From contig CAWHBU010000006.1 in NCBI GenBank assembly GCA_963827685.1, positions 497,932 through 561,931 on the forward strand: a DNA stretch of 64,000 nucleotides, written 5' to 3'. The position numbers were made by a program, and so were the translations under genes. Under the pieces are notes generated by a model, which saw only the letters and a list, made by a program, of their open reading frames with translations, was not told the DNA's origin and ran no database searches. This DNA is from an uncultured delta proteobacterium (GTDB lineage: Bacteria > Desulfobacterota > BSN033 > UBA1163). This document shows, in pieces, positions 50,719 to 59,959 of the stretch; position 1 is the stretch's first letter, and every line of letters starts with the position of its first letter.

Positions 50719-52403
50719 CTAATTTCTTGTCAACTGCCGGTATTTGATCCGGTGGGGCTGATCCGCCGCAACTCCAAGACGACTCTTTCGGTCGGCCTCG
50801 TACTCGGAATAGTTTCCTTCGAACGAGACAATGTTGCTCTCACCTTCAAAGGCCAGAATATGGGTGGCGATACGATCGAGGAACCACCGGTCATGGCTGA
50901 CCACCACCACGGAGCCCGCAAAGTTTTCGAGGGCCTGCTCCAGTGCCCTCAGGGTATTCACATCCAGGTCATTTGTCGGCTCGTCCAGAAGAAGGACGTT
51001 CGCTCCTTCCTTGAGCATTCGTGCGAGGTGGACGCGGTTTCTCTCTCCCCCAGAAAGGACCCCAACCTTCCTCTGCTGATCGGCGCCCGAGAAATTGAAG
51101 CGGGCCACATAGGCCCTTGAATTGATCTGTCTGCTGCCAAGCTGGATGGTATCCTGTTTTTCGGAGATCACCTCCCAGATGGTCTTCTCCGGATCGAGGA
51201 TGTCGCGGCTCTGGTCGACGTAAGCCATTTTGACCGTTTCGCCCATTCGTATCGTTCCGGAATCCGGGTTTTCCTGTCCTGTAATCAATCGCAAGAGCGT
51301 GGTCTTGCCTGCACCGTTCGGACCGATAATCCCGACGATCCCGCCGGGTGGAAGCGAAAAGGAGAGATTCTCCATCAGAATCCGATCCCCATATGCCTTG
51401 GTGACGCCACGGCTTTCAATCACGACGCCTCCGAGCCGTGGTCCAGGAGGAATATAGATTTCGAGCTCCTTCGCCACCTTTTCACTCTCGTCTGTAAGGA
51501 GGGTTTCGTAAGAGGTGATTCGGGCTTTCGATTTCGCATGTCTTCCTTTTGGCGACATCCGGATCCACTCCAGCTCCCGCTGCAGCGTCTTCCGACGCTC
51601 GCTCTCCGCCTTTTCCTCCAGCCTGAGGCGATTCTCTTTCTGCTCAAGCCATGAAGAGTAGTTTCCTTTCCACGGAATGCCTTCCCCCCGGTCGAGCTCC
51701 AGAATCCATCCGGCAACATTGTCAAGAAAGTAGCGGTCATGAGTCACAGCGATGACCGTTCCGTCGTATCGCTTCAGATGCTGTTCAAGCCACGCCACGG
51801 TCTCCGCATCGAGATGGTTGGTCGGCTCATCCAGAAGCAGGATGTCGGGCTTTCGCAGCAGGAGCCGGCACAGGGCCACGCGCCTTCTCTCTCCGCCCGA
51901 AAGGACCTTCACCGGTGTATCGCCTGGAGGGCAACGGAGGGCATCCATGGCCATTTCGAGGCGTGAATCGAGGTCCCAGGCATCGAGGGCATCGAGTTTC
52001 CCCTGTACTTCACCCTGTCGCTCGATGAGGCGATTCATCTTCTCTTCCGAAAGAGGTTCGGAGAACCTCTCGCTGATCCGGTTGAATTCTTTTAGAAGGT
52101 CGACCATCTCCTGAACCCCCTCTTCCACCACCTCCTGCACCCTCTTGGTCTCGTTGAGTTTGGCTCTTGTTCAAGAAAGCCGATGGTGAAACCGGGCGTG
52201 AGGATCGTCTGTCCGTTGAATTCTTTATCGACATCGGCCATGATGCGCAGGAGAGAACTCTTCCCGGAGCCGTTGAGACCGATCACGCCGATCTTGGCTC
52301 CGTAAAAATAAGATAGGGAAATGTCCTTCAAAATCGACCTTTTTTCGTGATACTTGCTCACGCCGATCATGGTGTAAATGATTTTCTGTGATTCGTTCGC
52401 CAT
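50719..52403 (-). pseudogene. ettA: Energy-dependent translational throttle EttA (ABC-F), split by a 1-nt frameshift near 52159
   Basis: YGAKIGVIGLNGSGKS..QEP in ORF 52092..52403 continues LNETKRVQEVVEEG in ORF 50719..52140; GIPWKGNYSSWLEQK; two ABC domains. Confidence 0.9.
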
Positions 52404-52794
52404 TTCGCTTTAAATGCTCCCCCTTCTCGTCCGGGGCCTCCCGGAATGAGGCATCAAAGATTCCACCTTTAATCTTATGAATAAAAACTTACTAAATCAG
52501 GAAGAGGACGTCAATGCGAAATGGAATGGAATAGGGTTTGAGGCTCACATCTTGACTTGTTATTTATTCTGGTCGAAGTGCATGAAGGTATTGATCGAAG
52601 GCGTATTCTTACTCCAGTGATATGTCCTGAATAGGATCAACCTGAGAGACACTGTCGAATTATATATGACGAGGGTGACAAGTAGATGGGGAGACGCGAA
52701 GACAGAATTTTCCGAGTAAATATAGCAGGGCAAAGCAAAGGGAGCAAGGTCAGACCTGGATACAGGATGGAAGCAAAACCAACCTGGAGAGCGA

Positions 52795-53043
52795 TCAGCG
52801 GTTAGTATCGACCTGCTCTTCTTTTTCTTCAATCAGTTTACTTTTCTTCTCTGAGCCTGAACCGACAAGGATCGTGACGATATAAAACAATCCCACTAGG
52901 ACAAGACCGATGGAGAAAATACTGAAAAACAGCTTCGGTTTCCGGACCATGAGGTAGAGGAGGCCCAGCACAATAACGATGGCGATTATCGCATGGTTCT
53001 GAGCAAAGGAAACAATGCTGTTCACGAATCCTGAAAAATCCAC
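52795..53043 (-). CDS. Small 2-TM hypothetical membrane protein
   Basis: GGAGG RBS, GTG start, two hydrophobic segments, charged tail. Confidence 0.7.
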   Translation of the reverse strand: MDFSGFVNSIVSFAQNHAIIAIVIVLGLLYLMVRKPKLFFSIFSIGLVLVGLFYIVTILVGSGSEKKSKLIEEKEEQVDTNR

Positions 53044-53241
53044 GAGGCCTCCCTGCTATAAGGCATTATACCATCAGCAAGGTCGATTGCCCTTCTTTCC
53101 AAATCCCGTACGATCAGGTGCTGCAAAAGTCTGAGTATGTCTAAGTGAGACACCCAGGGCACCGGGTCAGATCAAGACTTAAAAATACTCACATAGAAAA
53201 CAACGTCTCCTGGGTTCTTCTGCGGCTTTATGTCCTGATCA

Positions 53242-54210
53242 TCATTCGCCGTATAGAGTGGTCTCGATTTGTTCCCTCGACCGAATCTCTCCTGCCAACT
53301 TTTGGGCAGCCTTTCTGTCCTCATACTTGCTGACAAGTACCCTATAGATAGGGGACCTGTCTTTCGTGACGCCCGGCTGGGTAAACGCATCGTATCCTTT
53401 TTCCCGAAACGTCTTCGTGAGGGCCTGTGCCCTCTCTTCATTCTTGAAGGCTCCCAGCTGGACGGAGTAGAGCGGTTTGCGCGGTGGTTGGGACGGGGAC
53501 TCCGATGAGACCGAAGAGGGCTGCTCAAGTGGTGTGGATGGTACTGAGGATGCGGGCACAGAGGCGTCTGCAGCGTTCCTCGCAGGGGGCAACTGCGATT
53601 GCGATCCCGCCTTAGGAACTGCCGATGGAACTCTCACGGGAGCTACTATTGCCGGAGAGGGCGGAACCTTCCGGGTTGGCATGAACTCCTGATAAGCCAG
53701 ATAACCCGTTCCGGTAATCACCATGAGGACCACGATGCCAATCGCCGGCAGAAGAAAGGCAGGGCGTTTTTTCTCCGCTCTCCCGACGGTCCGTGGCGAG
53801 GCGGGCGGTTGGTTTTCTTTGGGGTGCTTGGAAGGAGGCGTCTTGCCCAAAATCGCTCCTGTCTTCTCGGTAAGCTTTTCCGGATCGAATGTCAGTTCCA
53901 GAAAATCCACGATCCCGTAATCCTTGAAGTACTGGGAGCCCAGTGCTTTTTTCAGGGATGCGAGAATAACGATAGGGACCTTTGTTAAGAGCGGAATGTC
54001 ATGAATTGCCTTGCAGGGTTCGAGTCCTGTCGGGCTCAGCTCAGGGGGCCTGATGTAGATAAGCGAAGGCCTGAGCAATTCGGCCATTTCAGCATTCACA
54101 TCTTGGCTTGAGACGGGATAGATCAGGTAGTTCTCTGCCTCGAGAGTGGTGGTCATTCTCTGATCCATGTCCTGGCCTGCGTCTATGACGAGTATCGTTT
54201 CACCTGCCAT
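53242..54210 (-). CDS. Pseudo-receiver / TM / Pro-rich linker / SPOR domain protein
   Basis: CheY-like N-terminus (TILVID..LRPSLIYIR..GLEPCKAI..VPIVIL) lacking the phospho-Asp and Lys; one TM; C-terminal YSVQLGAF..A....KGY..YRVLV SPOR. Confidence 0.85.
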   Translation of the reverse strand: MAGETILVIDAGQDMDQRMTTTLEAENYLIYPVSSQDVNAEMAELLRPSLIYIRPPELSPTGLEPCKAIHDIPLLTKVPIVILASLKKALGSQYFKDYGIVDFLELTFDPEKLTEKTGAILGKTPPSKHPKENQPPASPRTVGRAEKKRPAFLLPAIGIVVLMVITGTGYLAYQEFMPTRKVPPSPAIVAPVRVPSAVPKAGSQSQLPPARNAADASVPASSVPSTPLEQPSSVSSESPSQPPRKPLYSVQLGAFKNEERAQALTKTFREKGYDAFTQPGVTKDRSPIYRVLVSKYEDRKAAQKLAGEIRSREQIETTLYGE

Positions 54211-54270
54211 AAGTTCTCTCGGGGTCGTACGAAGGGCCGACGCCTCATGCCTTCAAGCATCGGCATAGAC

Positions 54271-55299
54271 TCAAAGTGTTTCCCAATATTTGGACGGCAT
54301 GTCCTGGGCAAGCTTGAGCGCGCCGTTCGCGCCTGCAAAGAGTGGGTCTGCAACGCGGGTGACCTTGCAGGTGCCGTATTCCTTCAAGGCATCCTGCAGG
54401 TACTCGGCAATACCTCTGATAAGGCTCCCTCCGCCCGCAAGAACGATATTGTTCTTGATCTTCATCTGGAATTCGGGATCAAACCGGGCGATCATCTCGG
54501 TCGTGGTCTCGACGAGTGACGGCAGCATACTCTCGCAGGCCCGCCGGATCTCATCCTTGATGTCATGCATGACCGGCTTGCCATCCACCGGCAACTCTAC
54601 GCGAATCTGTTCATGGATGTCCCGCACAAAACTGAATTTCTCCTTAAACTGCCGCACCATGTTCTTGTTGAATTTTGAGTTTGGATATTTCTCGATGAGA
54701 TAATTGAAGAGCTGTTCGTCGATATAGTCGCCCGCCGTGAGGATCGTCCTCTGGTCTTCTTCGGAGGGAATCGTCCCATGCATGATGCAGAAATCGATGG
54801 TCCCGGCACCGATGTCGATGATGAGTGCGTCGTTCAGCAGATTCATTCCGTAGGCGATCGCAAAAGGCTCCGATACCACCATGAGGGTATGCACATATTC
54901 CGCAACCGCCCTCCGGATCGCGAGCTTGTTGACTTTTAGCGATTCGGCGGGCACCCCAACCACCGCATGAATCTTCTGGCCGGGCTCAGGCTTTGCAAGA
55001 TCGATAAGATGTCTGATGATTTCCTTGACCGCCCTCTCGCTGCTTTCGATCCCTTCCTTGATGATGCCTCGTTCAAGGGGCCTGCAGAAATCGAGGGAAA
55101 GCCGGTGCTGCAAAGCCTCGGCTCCGAAGAGTACCGGTTTGCCGACGACCTGCTCCGCGATGAAGTCCTTCGGCCAGCCGACGTAGCTCTCAATCCATTC
55201 CCGGATACCATGACTCGAAGAGATCGCACTTCGTGATGTTCCAAGATCGATGCCGACAAACAGGACATTTTCTTGCTTCTGCTCATCTTTTGGCTTCAT
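54271..55299 (-). CDS. MamK-like actin-family ATPase
   Basis: GIDLGTS, VVSEPF, IDIGAGTID, AGGGS actin motifs plus MamK-like segments (VGWPKD, GTIPSEEDQ, KEKFSFV, P..YW.L); AAGGAG RBS before ATG 55299. Confidence 0.88.
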   Translation of the reverse strand: MKPKDEQKQENVLFVGIDLGTSRSAISSSHGIREWIESYVGWPKDFIAEQVVGKPVLFGAEALQHRLSLDFCRPLERGIIKEGIESSERAVKEIIRHLIDLAKPEPGQKIHAVVGVPAESLKVNKLAIRRAVAEYVHTLMVVSEPFAIAYGMNLLNDALIIDIGAGTIDFCIMHGTIPSEEDQRTILTAGDYIDEQLFNYLIEKYPNSKFNKNMVRQFKEKFSFVRDIHEQIRVELPVDGKPVMHDIKDEIRRACESMLPSLVETTTEMIARFDPEFQMKIKNNIVLAGGGSLIRGIAEYLQDALKEYGTCKVTRVADPLFAGANGALKLAQDMPSKYWETL

Positions 55300-56386
55300 G
55301 GGTAAGGGCTCCTTTATTGAGATAATCGAAAATACCGGCTGCAAGATACCTGGCAATATTCTCTCTGTGACTTTCAGAGCTGAGTTCCCGCTCCTCTTCG
55401 CGATTGCTGAGGCACGAGACCTCTGCCAGCACGGCGGGTACGTCCACTCCGAGAAGGACCACGAAAGGTGCCCTCTTTACGCCGTGGTTTTGTATGTCTT
55501 CACTATGTTTTCTGCTGTTCAGAAACAGATTTGCCTGAATGGATTCTGCGAACTCTTTGGACTCCTGAAGCTTCATGGTCTTACCAAGCCTTTCCATGAC
55601 TTCCTTGAAATCGCTCAGCCCGTATTCCAACCCTGTGTTTTCTTGCTGGGCGAGCCTGAGTGTTTTTTCGTCGTTGGAAGGTCCAAAATAATACGTCTCA
55701 ATGATGTTAATGGGTTTGCGCGGCAAGTAATTGAGATGAATTGAGATGAAGAGGTCAGCTTTCGCTTCCTGGGCAAGGGTAACCCTTTTTTGAAGAGGTA
55801 TTGACGAATCGTCCTCCCTCGTCATGAGCACATGGTAGCGGCCGCTTTTGACCAGATGGGTCTTCAATCTCTTAGCGATATCGAGGGTAATATCCTTTTC
55901 CATGGTGCCCATCTTTCCGATGGTGCCCGAGTCGGTCCCGCCATGGCCCGCATCGATCATGATCGTCTTAATTTTCAGGCCAAGCATGCGGCTGAAAGAT
56001 ACATTGTGATTGTTTACAAAGGCAATGAACTCGGAGGTGTTCGCTGTGCTTTCCGAAGAAACGTCTGCCGTGGGAACAAGAGGGTATTCACTCATATCCG
56101 GGGTCAGTTCTGCTGAAGCACCTACCGCGGGAACGGGAGCAGGGAGTGTGTTCATATTCGCGGTCTGTTCTGCTGGCGCGAACGAACTGCCCATGTACTG
56201 GCCGTGTATCAGAACCGCCAAGACACCGAGCACCGCGGACAAGAGAATTTTCTTCAGGGGGAAGGATCTCCGTCGTGATAGGGCTGGGCGGCCACTACGG
56301 AGCATGAGAAGGTTCTCTTCATACACACCACGGAGCATGTTTTGACGAGTTTTGAACTCATTCTTTCCAGTAAAGATGGAAATCAT
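55283..56386 (-). CDS. N-acetylmuramoyl-L-alanine amidase (Amidase_3)
   Basis: IDAGHGG, EKDITL, FISIHLN, VLAEV Zn/catalytic residues; N-terminal SRRRSF plus hydrophobic segment; start uncertain. Confidence 0.92.
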   Translation of the reverse strand: MISIFTGKNEFKTRQNMLRGVYEENLLMLRSGRPALSRRRSFPLKKILLSAVLGVLAVLIHGQYMGSSFAPAEQTANMNTLPAPVPAVGASAELTPDMSEYPLVPTADVSSESTANTSEFIAFVNNHNVSFSRMLGLKIKTIMIDAGHGGTDSGTIGKMGTMEKDITLDIAKRLKTHLVKSGRYHVLMTREDDSSIPLQKRVTLAQEAKADLFISIHLNYLPRKPINIIETYYFGPSNDEKTLRLAQQENTGLEYGLSDFKEVMERLGKTMKLQESKEFAESIQANLFLNSRKHSEDIQNHGVKRAPFVVLLGVDVPAVLAEVSCLSNREEERELSSESHRENIARYLAAGIFDYLNKGALTHEAKR

Positions 56387-56535
56387 GGCACGATGAAGCC
56401 TTAATTAAGTTATAGGCCAAGATTCGATTCAAATATATTGGGCAAGGCCTCTTGAACCGTTTTGCGACGAACCAGTTTTTCTTCTGGCTCCTCAAGAGAC
56501 ACCGGTTCCCTTAAGAAATTCTAAAAAGTTTAATA

Positions 56536-56552
56536 AGCATATATTATACCAA
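56536..56552 (-). promoter_or_regulatory. Candidate promoter of the amidase-actin operon (sigma54 GG-N10-GC and/or extended -10)
   Basis: TTGGTATAATATATGCT on the minus strand. Confidence 0.5.
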
Positions 56553-56838
56553 ATTTTGGACGCTTGCAAGCTTTTGTTTTTTAATAGTTTTTTCAAAATA
56601 GAGTATGGCGAAGTGCCGAATTTTGTGGCTCAGTTTGAGCGCATGGCAAAAAATTGTCCACATTTAACCCCAAGGGCTGGCCTGTAAGATTGGGGACTCC
56701 ATTAAAGGGCACCTTCAAAAAAAATGCCTCCCCATTCAATTATGTCTGATGCTCGCTCCCAGAAGTATACTCGACATTTGTCACTTTATTAATTTTTCGA
56801 GGTTTGGGCATCAGGGCGCACTTTTGAGAAGAAAGTAG

Positions 56839-56886
56839 TTGACAAGGGGATGACAAAAATGGTAGATTGTTCGAAAGTCATGAAAC
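56839..56886 (+). promoter_or_regulatory. sigma70 promoter with overlapping ArsR-type operator
   Basis: TTGACA(56839)..TGG-TAGATT(56863); GTTCGA-N6-TGAAAC at 56869-56886 overlaps the ATG. Confidence 0.65.
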
Positions 56887-57185
56887 AGTTGAACATTACA
56901 AAAGTCTTCAGGGCCTTGTCAAATGAGCAGCGGCTAAAGCTTTTTAAGATGATCTATGACTGTCAAATGGAGAACCGTTCAAATAAAGGTTCTAGCTGTG
57001 CTGCGGGTGTCGATAAAGCGTTTACCAAGGCGTGCAAGCATTTGAGTATTGCCCGGTCTACGGTTTCCCACCATATGAAGGAATTGGAAAATGCCGGCTT
57101 GATTTCCACAACAAGGAATGGGCAATCCTTTACCTGTGAAATAAATATGGATGCAGTAAAGGCAATACGGCAATTCTTGGGGTAA
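56880..57185 (+). CDS. ArsR/SmtB-family transcriptional regulator
   Basis: VFRALSNEQRLKL, STVSHHMKELENAGLI..RNG; four Cys. Confidence 0.92.
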   Translation: MKQLNITKVFRALSNEQRLKLFKMIYDCQMENRSNKGSSCAAGVDKAFTKACKHLSIARSTVSHHMKELENAGLISTTRNGQSFTCEINMDAVKAIRQFLG

Positions 57186-57200
57186 ATTTTTTTTGGGTTA

Positions 57201-57224
57201 AAAGTTCGATACTATTAGAACTTT
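57201..57224 (+). promoter_or_regulatory. Second ArsR-type operator
   Basis: AAAGTTCGA-TACTAT-TAGAACTTT inverted repeat. Confidence 0.65.
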
Positions 57225-57263
57225 CTAACTAACCCATCATGATTTTTTGAAAGGAGTGGTCTT

Positions 57264-57638
57264 ATGTCACTTTTGTCACTGTTCTCGCTCGCGGAGCTAT
57301 CAGCACTATCACATCTCATCATGCGGATACTTGTCCTCTTGCTGGTGGAGGGTGAATGCGTGCAGCTTGTCCAGCAATCAAGCGGTAGGCCTGCAGTGCT
57401 GATCAATTTCATACTAATAGGGATCTATGCTCTCGGATTTATCTTGGGCGCAGCCAAGATAAACATGGGTTATATGATAGGCATGATTGCCGGCGCTATA
57501 AACATCATCCTCAAGGTTGCCGTGGTTATTCAGGGACACGAACATTGGCCCCATAGGCCCTATCTGTACATATTCCAGTCCCTTGTGGTCATTTACTTTT
57601 GCTATATAGCGTACGAAGGCGCGGCATCCCTTCCATGA
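57264..57638 (+). CDS. 4-TM membrane protein, paralog A
   Basis: AAGGAG RBS; clear paralog of 58564..58941 (SHL..R, E.ECV, GHEH.P, QS..YFCY). Confidence 0.85.
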   Translation: MSLLSLFSLAELSALSHLIMRILVLLLVEGECVQLVQQSSGRPAVLINFILIGIYALGFILGAAKINMGYMIGMIAGAINIILKVAVVIQGHEHWPHRPYLYIFQSLVVIYFCYIAYEGAASLP

Positions 57639-57722
57639 GGCTGATAAGTTCCCTCCCCTCGCATTTTGTCGGCGGGGTGGCAGAGAGTTGCGCTCGCTGA
57701 AACGCCGAGGGCAACCAGGTCA

Positions 57723-57752
57723 TGGAGTCGGGAAGCTACTCCAGCTTTTTTT
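57723..57752 (+). terminator. Intrinsic terminator-like hairpin
   Basis: TGGAGT..ACTCCA stem followed by T7. Confidence 0.5.
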
Positions 57753-57825
57753 CACGAGAGGAAAGATGGTTACATCATAATCTTAGGATAGATAATCACC
57801 ATTACGCATAGGAGGGGCAGATCTT

Positions 57826-58386
57826 ATGGAGAAGATAATCATACCGGTTTTATTTCTCATATTTCTCATTGCAGCAATAGTTCCAAGAATCATTCAAAAA
57901 CGAAAAAAAATCGAAACCGTGGGATGTATAGGAATCGATACAAAACTTTTTATTCTTGGAAAATTATCGCTTCTTACATCATTTATATTAATACTTGTTC
58001 AGCTGTTTTTTGTTAATCTCTCTCTATTTGAAAAGAAGAGTATCTTTTTATGGATATGCGCAGCGTTACTCGGCATCGGCGTTATGCTCTTCACGCTTGC
58101 GATAATCCGCCTTGGGACATTCTCACTTCGTGTTGGACTTGCACAAGAAAATACCTCTCTTCGTACTACTGGTATATACCGTTTCAGCCGTAACCCCATG
58201 CTTCTCGGCCTTTACCTGATAGCGCTGGGGTCGGCTATTTATGTACAGAATCCGATTAACTGGATACTTGTAATGGTAGCATTGATTGTTCATCATAAAA
58301 TCATTCTTGCGGAAGAAAATTTTTTACATAAGCAATTCGGAAACCAATGGCTTGAGTACCGGAACAAGGTGCGGCGGTACATTTAA
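57826..58386 (+). CDS. Isoprenylcysteine carboxyl methyltransferase / PEMT-family membrane methyltransferase
   Basis: TTGIYRFSRNPM, EENFL..FG..W.EY..VRRYI. Confidence 0.88.
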   Translation: MEKIIIPVLFLIFLIAAIVPRIIQKRKKIETVGCIGIDTKLFILGKLSLLTSFILILVQLFFVNLSLFEKKSIFLWICAALLGIGVMLFTLAIIRLGTFSLRVGLAQENTSLRTTGIYRFSRNPMLLGLYLIALGSAIYVQNPINWILVMVALIVHHKIILAEENFLHKQFGNQWLEYRNKVRRYI

Positions 58387-58563
58387 AATTTGAAAAGTTG
58401 GCTGTCACCGGCTTTGAACAGTCTATATACTTTATGGAGTCGTGCTACTTTCCTAAAGCAAAAGGGTCAGCCTGCTGAGATACACTCCATGAATTTAATT
58501 TTCTTCAAACACTAGCGAACAATTGTTCGTTATTAAATATTATATCACAAGGAGGAATAATCA

Positions 58564-58941
58564 ATGAATAGTTTAAGAAAAATTCGATCTGAGACCCTGG
58601 CGGCGATGTCACACCTTTTACTGCGTGCGCTCTGTTTGCTGATTATTGAATACGAATGTGTACTTTTTTTCCAGCAATCATTGAGAAACCGCGCAGTGAT
58701 CTTCAATTCTAGTCTGGCGTCTATCTTTGTACTCGGATTTATTATCAGTATGATAAACAGAAGAATCGGGTTGATCATCGGGATGAGCGCTGGGATTTTC
58801 AACATCATCGTGAAGATCATAATAGTGGTATCCGGGCATGAACATTATCCCTATTGGCCAATTGTATGGATTACACAGTCTGCGATGGTAACCTATTTTT
58901 GTTATAGAGCATTAAAAGCGGAAGCTATACACGTGCAATAA
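58564..58941 (+). CDS. 4-TM membrane protein, paralog B
   Basis: AAGGAGG RBS; paralog of 57264..57638. Confidence 0.85.
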   Translation: MNSLRKIRSETLAAMSHLLLRALCLLIIEYECVLFFQQSLRNRAVIFNSSLASIFVLGFIISMINRRIGLIIGMSAGIFNIIVKIIIVVSGHEHYPYWPIVWITQSAMVTYFCYRALKAEAIHVQ

Positions 58942-59113
58942 TATCAGTCTCCTTAGCAACACCGGGGGGACAAGAACAACAGTCTCATTGACGGGAGGGA
59001 GCCCTTTTCTCCCAATCCGGTGGTTTTAGAAGATGTTCATATATCTATCAAAAAGATTTCAGAAGAGAAATTTAATAAGGAATTGTGAAAAGAGTAAAAG
59101 GAGGAAAAATGAG

Positions 59114-59506
59114 ATGAGCATTAAAATGAAACCCATAGGTTATGTATCCACTGATGCGAAAGAGATCCCGCGGAGTTGGACCATGTCGGACGTTGAAGGG
59201 GCCTTGGTAATGGATGAGACTTATCTGGAGGGCCTCAGAGATATTCAACCAGGTGCCCGAATATATGTGATTTTTCACTTTCACAAGAGTCCCGGGTTCA
59301 CCTCAGAGTTTATGAGAATCAAGCCCCCCATGCGTGAAAAGAAACTAGGAGTCTTTAGTACTCACTCGCCGTTTCGGCCTAACCCTATAGGCCTCTCCAT
59401 ACTTGAGGTAACCGGAGCAGAGGGTAATGTCATCCGAGTTAAGGGGATTGATATGCTGAATAAAACACCCATTCTGGATATAAAGCCTGAGGCTTGTCAG
59501 GAATAG
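59114..59506 (+). CDS. TsaA/TrmO-like SAM-binding beta-barrel protein (single domain)
   Basis: MKPIGYV, IFHFH, GVFSTHSP.RPNPIGLS, TPILDIKP. Confidence 0.85.
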   Translation: MSIKMKPIGYVSTDAKEIPRSWTMSDVEGALVMDETYLEGLRDIQPGARIYVIFHFHKSPGFTSEFMRIKPPMREKKLGVFSTHSPFRPNPIGLSILEVTGAEGNVIRVKGIDMLNKTPILDIKPEACQE

Positions 59507-59521
59507 AAGGGGATGTAGAAA

Positions 59522-59959
59522 ATGCCAATTTCACCAGAACTACTCAAAGTAATGAAGGAACGTATGCGGGGAACCATGATGGAATTGATTGGCTTCCTGC
59601 CTGTTGAGGTCAGTAAAGAGCGGGTTGTAGCTGAGCTCCCCTTCCGGGATGACCTTACCCAGCCGACGGGACTTTTACATGCCGGGGCCATCCTTACCCT
59701 TGCCGATACAGCTGCCACGATCCTTGCAAATCAGAACACAATGCCCAGACCGGGCAAATGTGACCCGTCGCGGTTTGCCATGACGGTACAGCTTAGTGCT
59801 AACTTCGTGAGAAACAGCAGCACGAAAAAGATCGTGGCTGAGGCAATTCCTGTTCACGTTGGTCGAAGAACACTAGTGGTTCAGACCACAGTTTGCGATG
59901 AGGATGGTAATCTCTTTGCCACAGTGACTACCACCATGATGACTTCAATTGCAACGTGA
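59522..59959 (+). CDS. PaaI-family hotdog-fold thioesterase
   Basis: QPTGLLHAGAILTLADT, SANF, HVGRRTLV. Confidence 0.88.
   Translation: MPISPELLKVMKERMRGTMMELIGFLPVEVSKERVVAELPFRDDLTQPTGLLHAGAILTLADTAATILANQNTMPRPGKCDPSRFAMTVQLSANFVRNSSTKKIVAEAIPVHVGRRTLVVQTTVCDEDGNLFATVTTTMMTSIAT

Noticed and set aside
54271-55299. Calling this mamK of a magnetosome island, or mreB
   Set aside because: No other mam/mad genes and no mreC/mreD in the window, so the gene symbol is withheld.
57636-57680. TGA-GGC-TGA-TAA at the end of paralog A with a downstream hairpin (possible UxU selenoprotein tail)
   Set aside because: The hairpin loop is UUU with no G, paralog B ends in plain TAA without Cys at that position, and tandem stops arise by chance.
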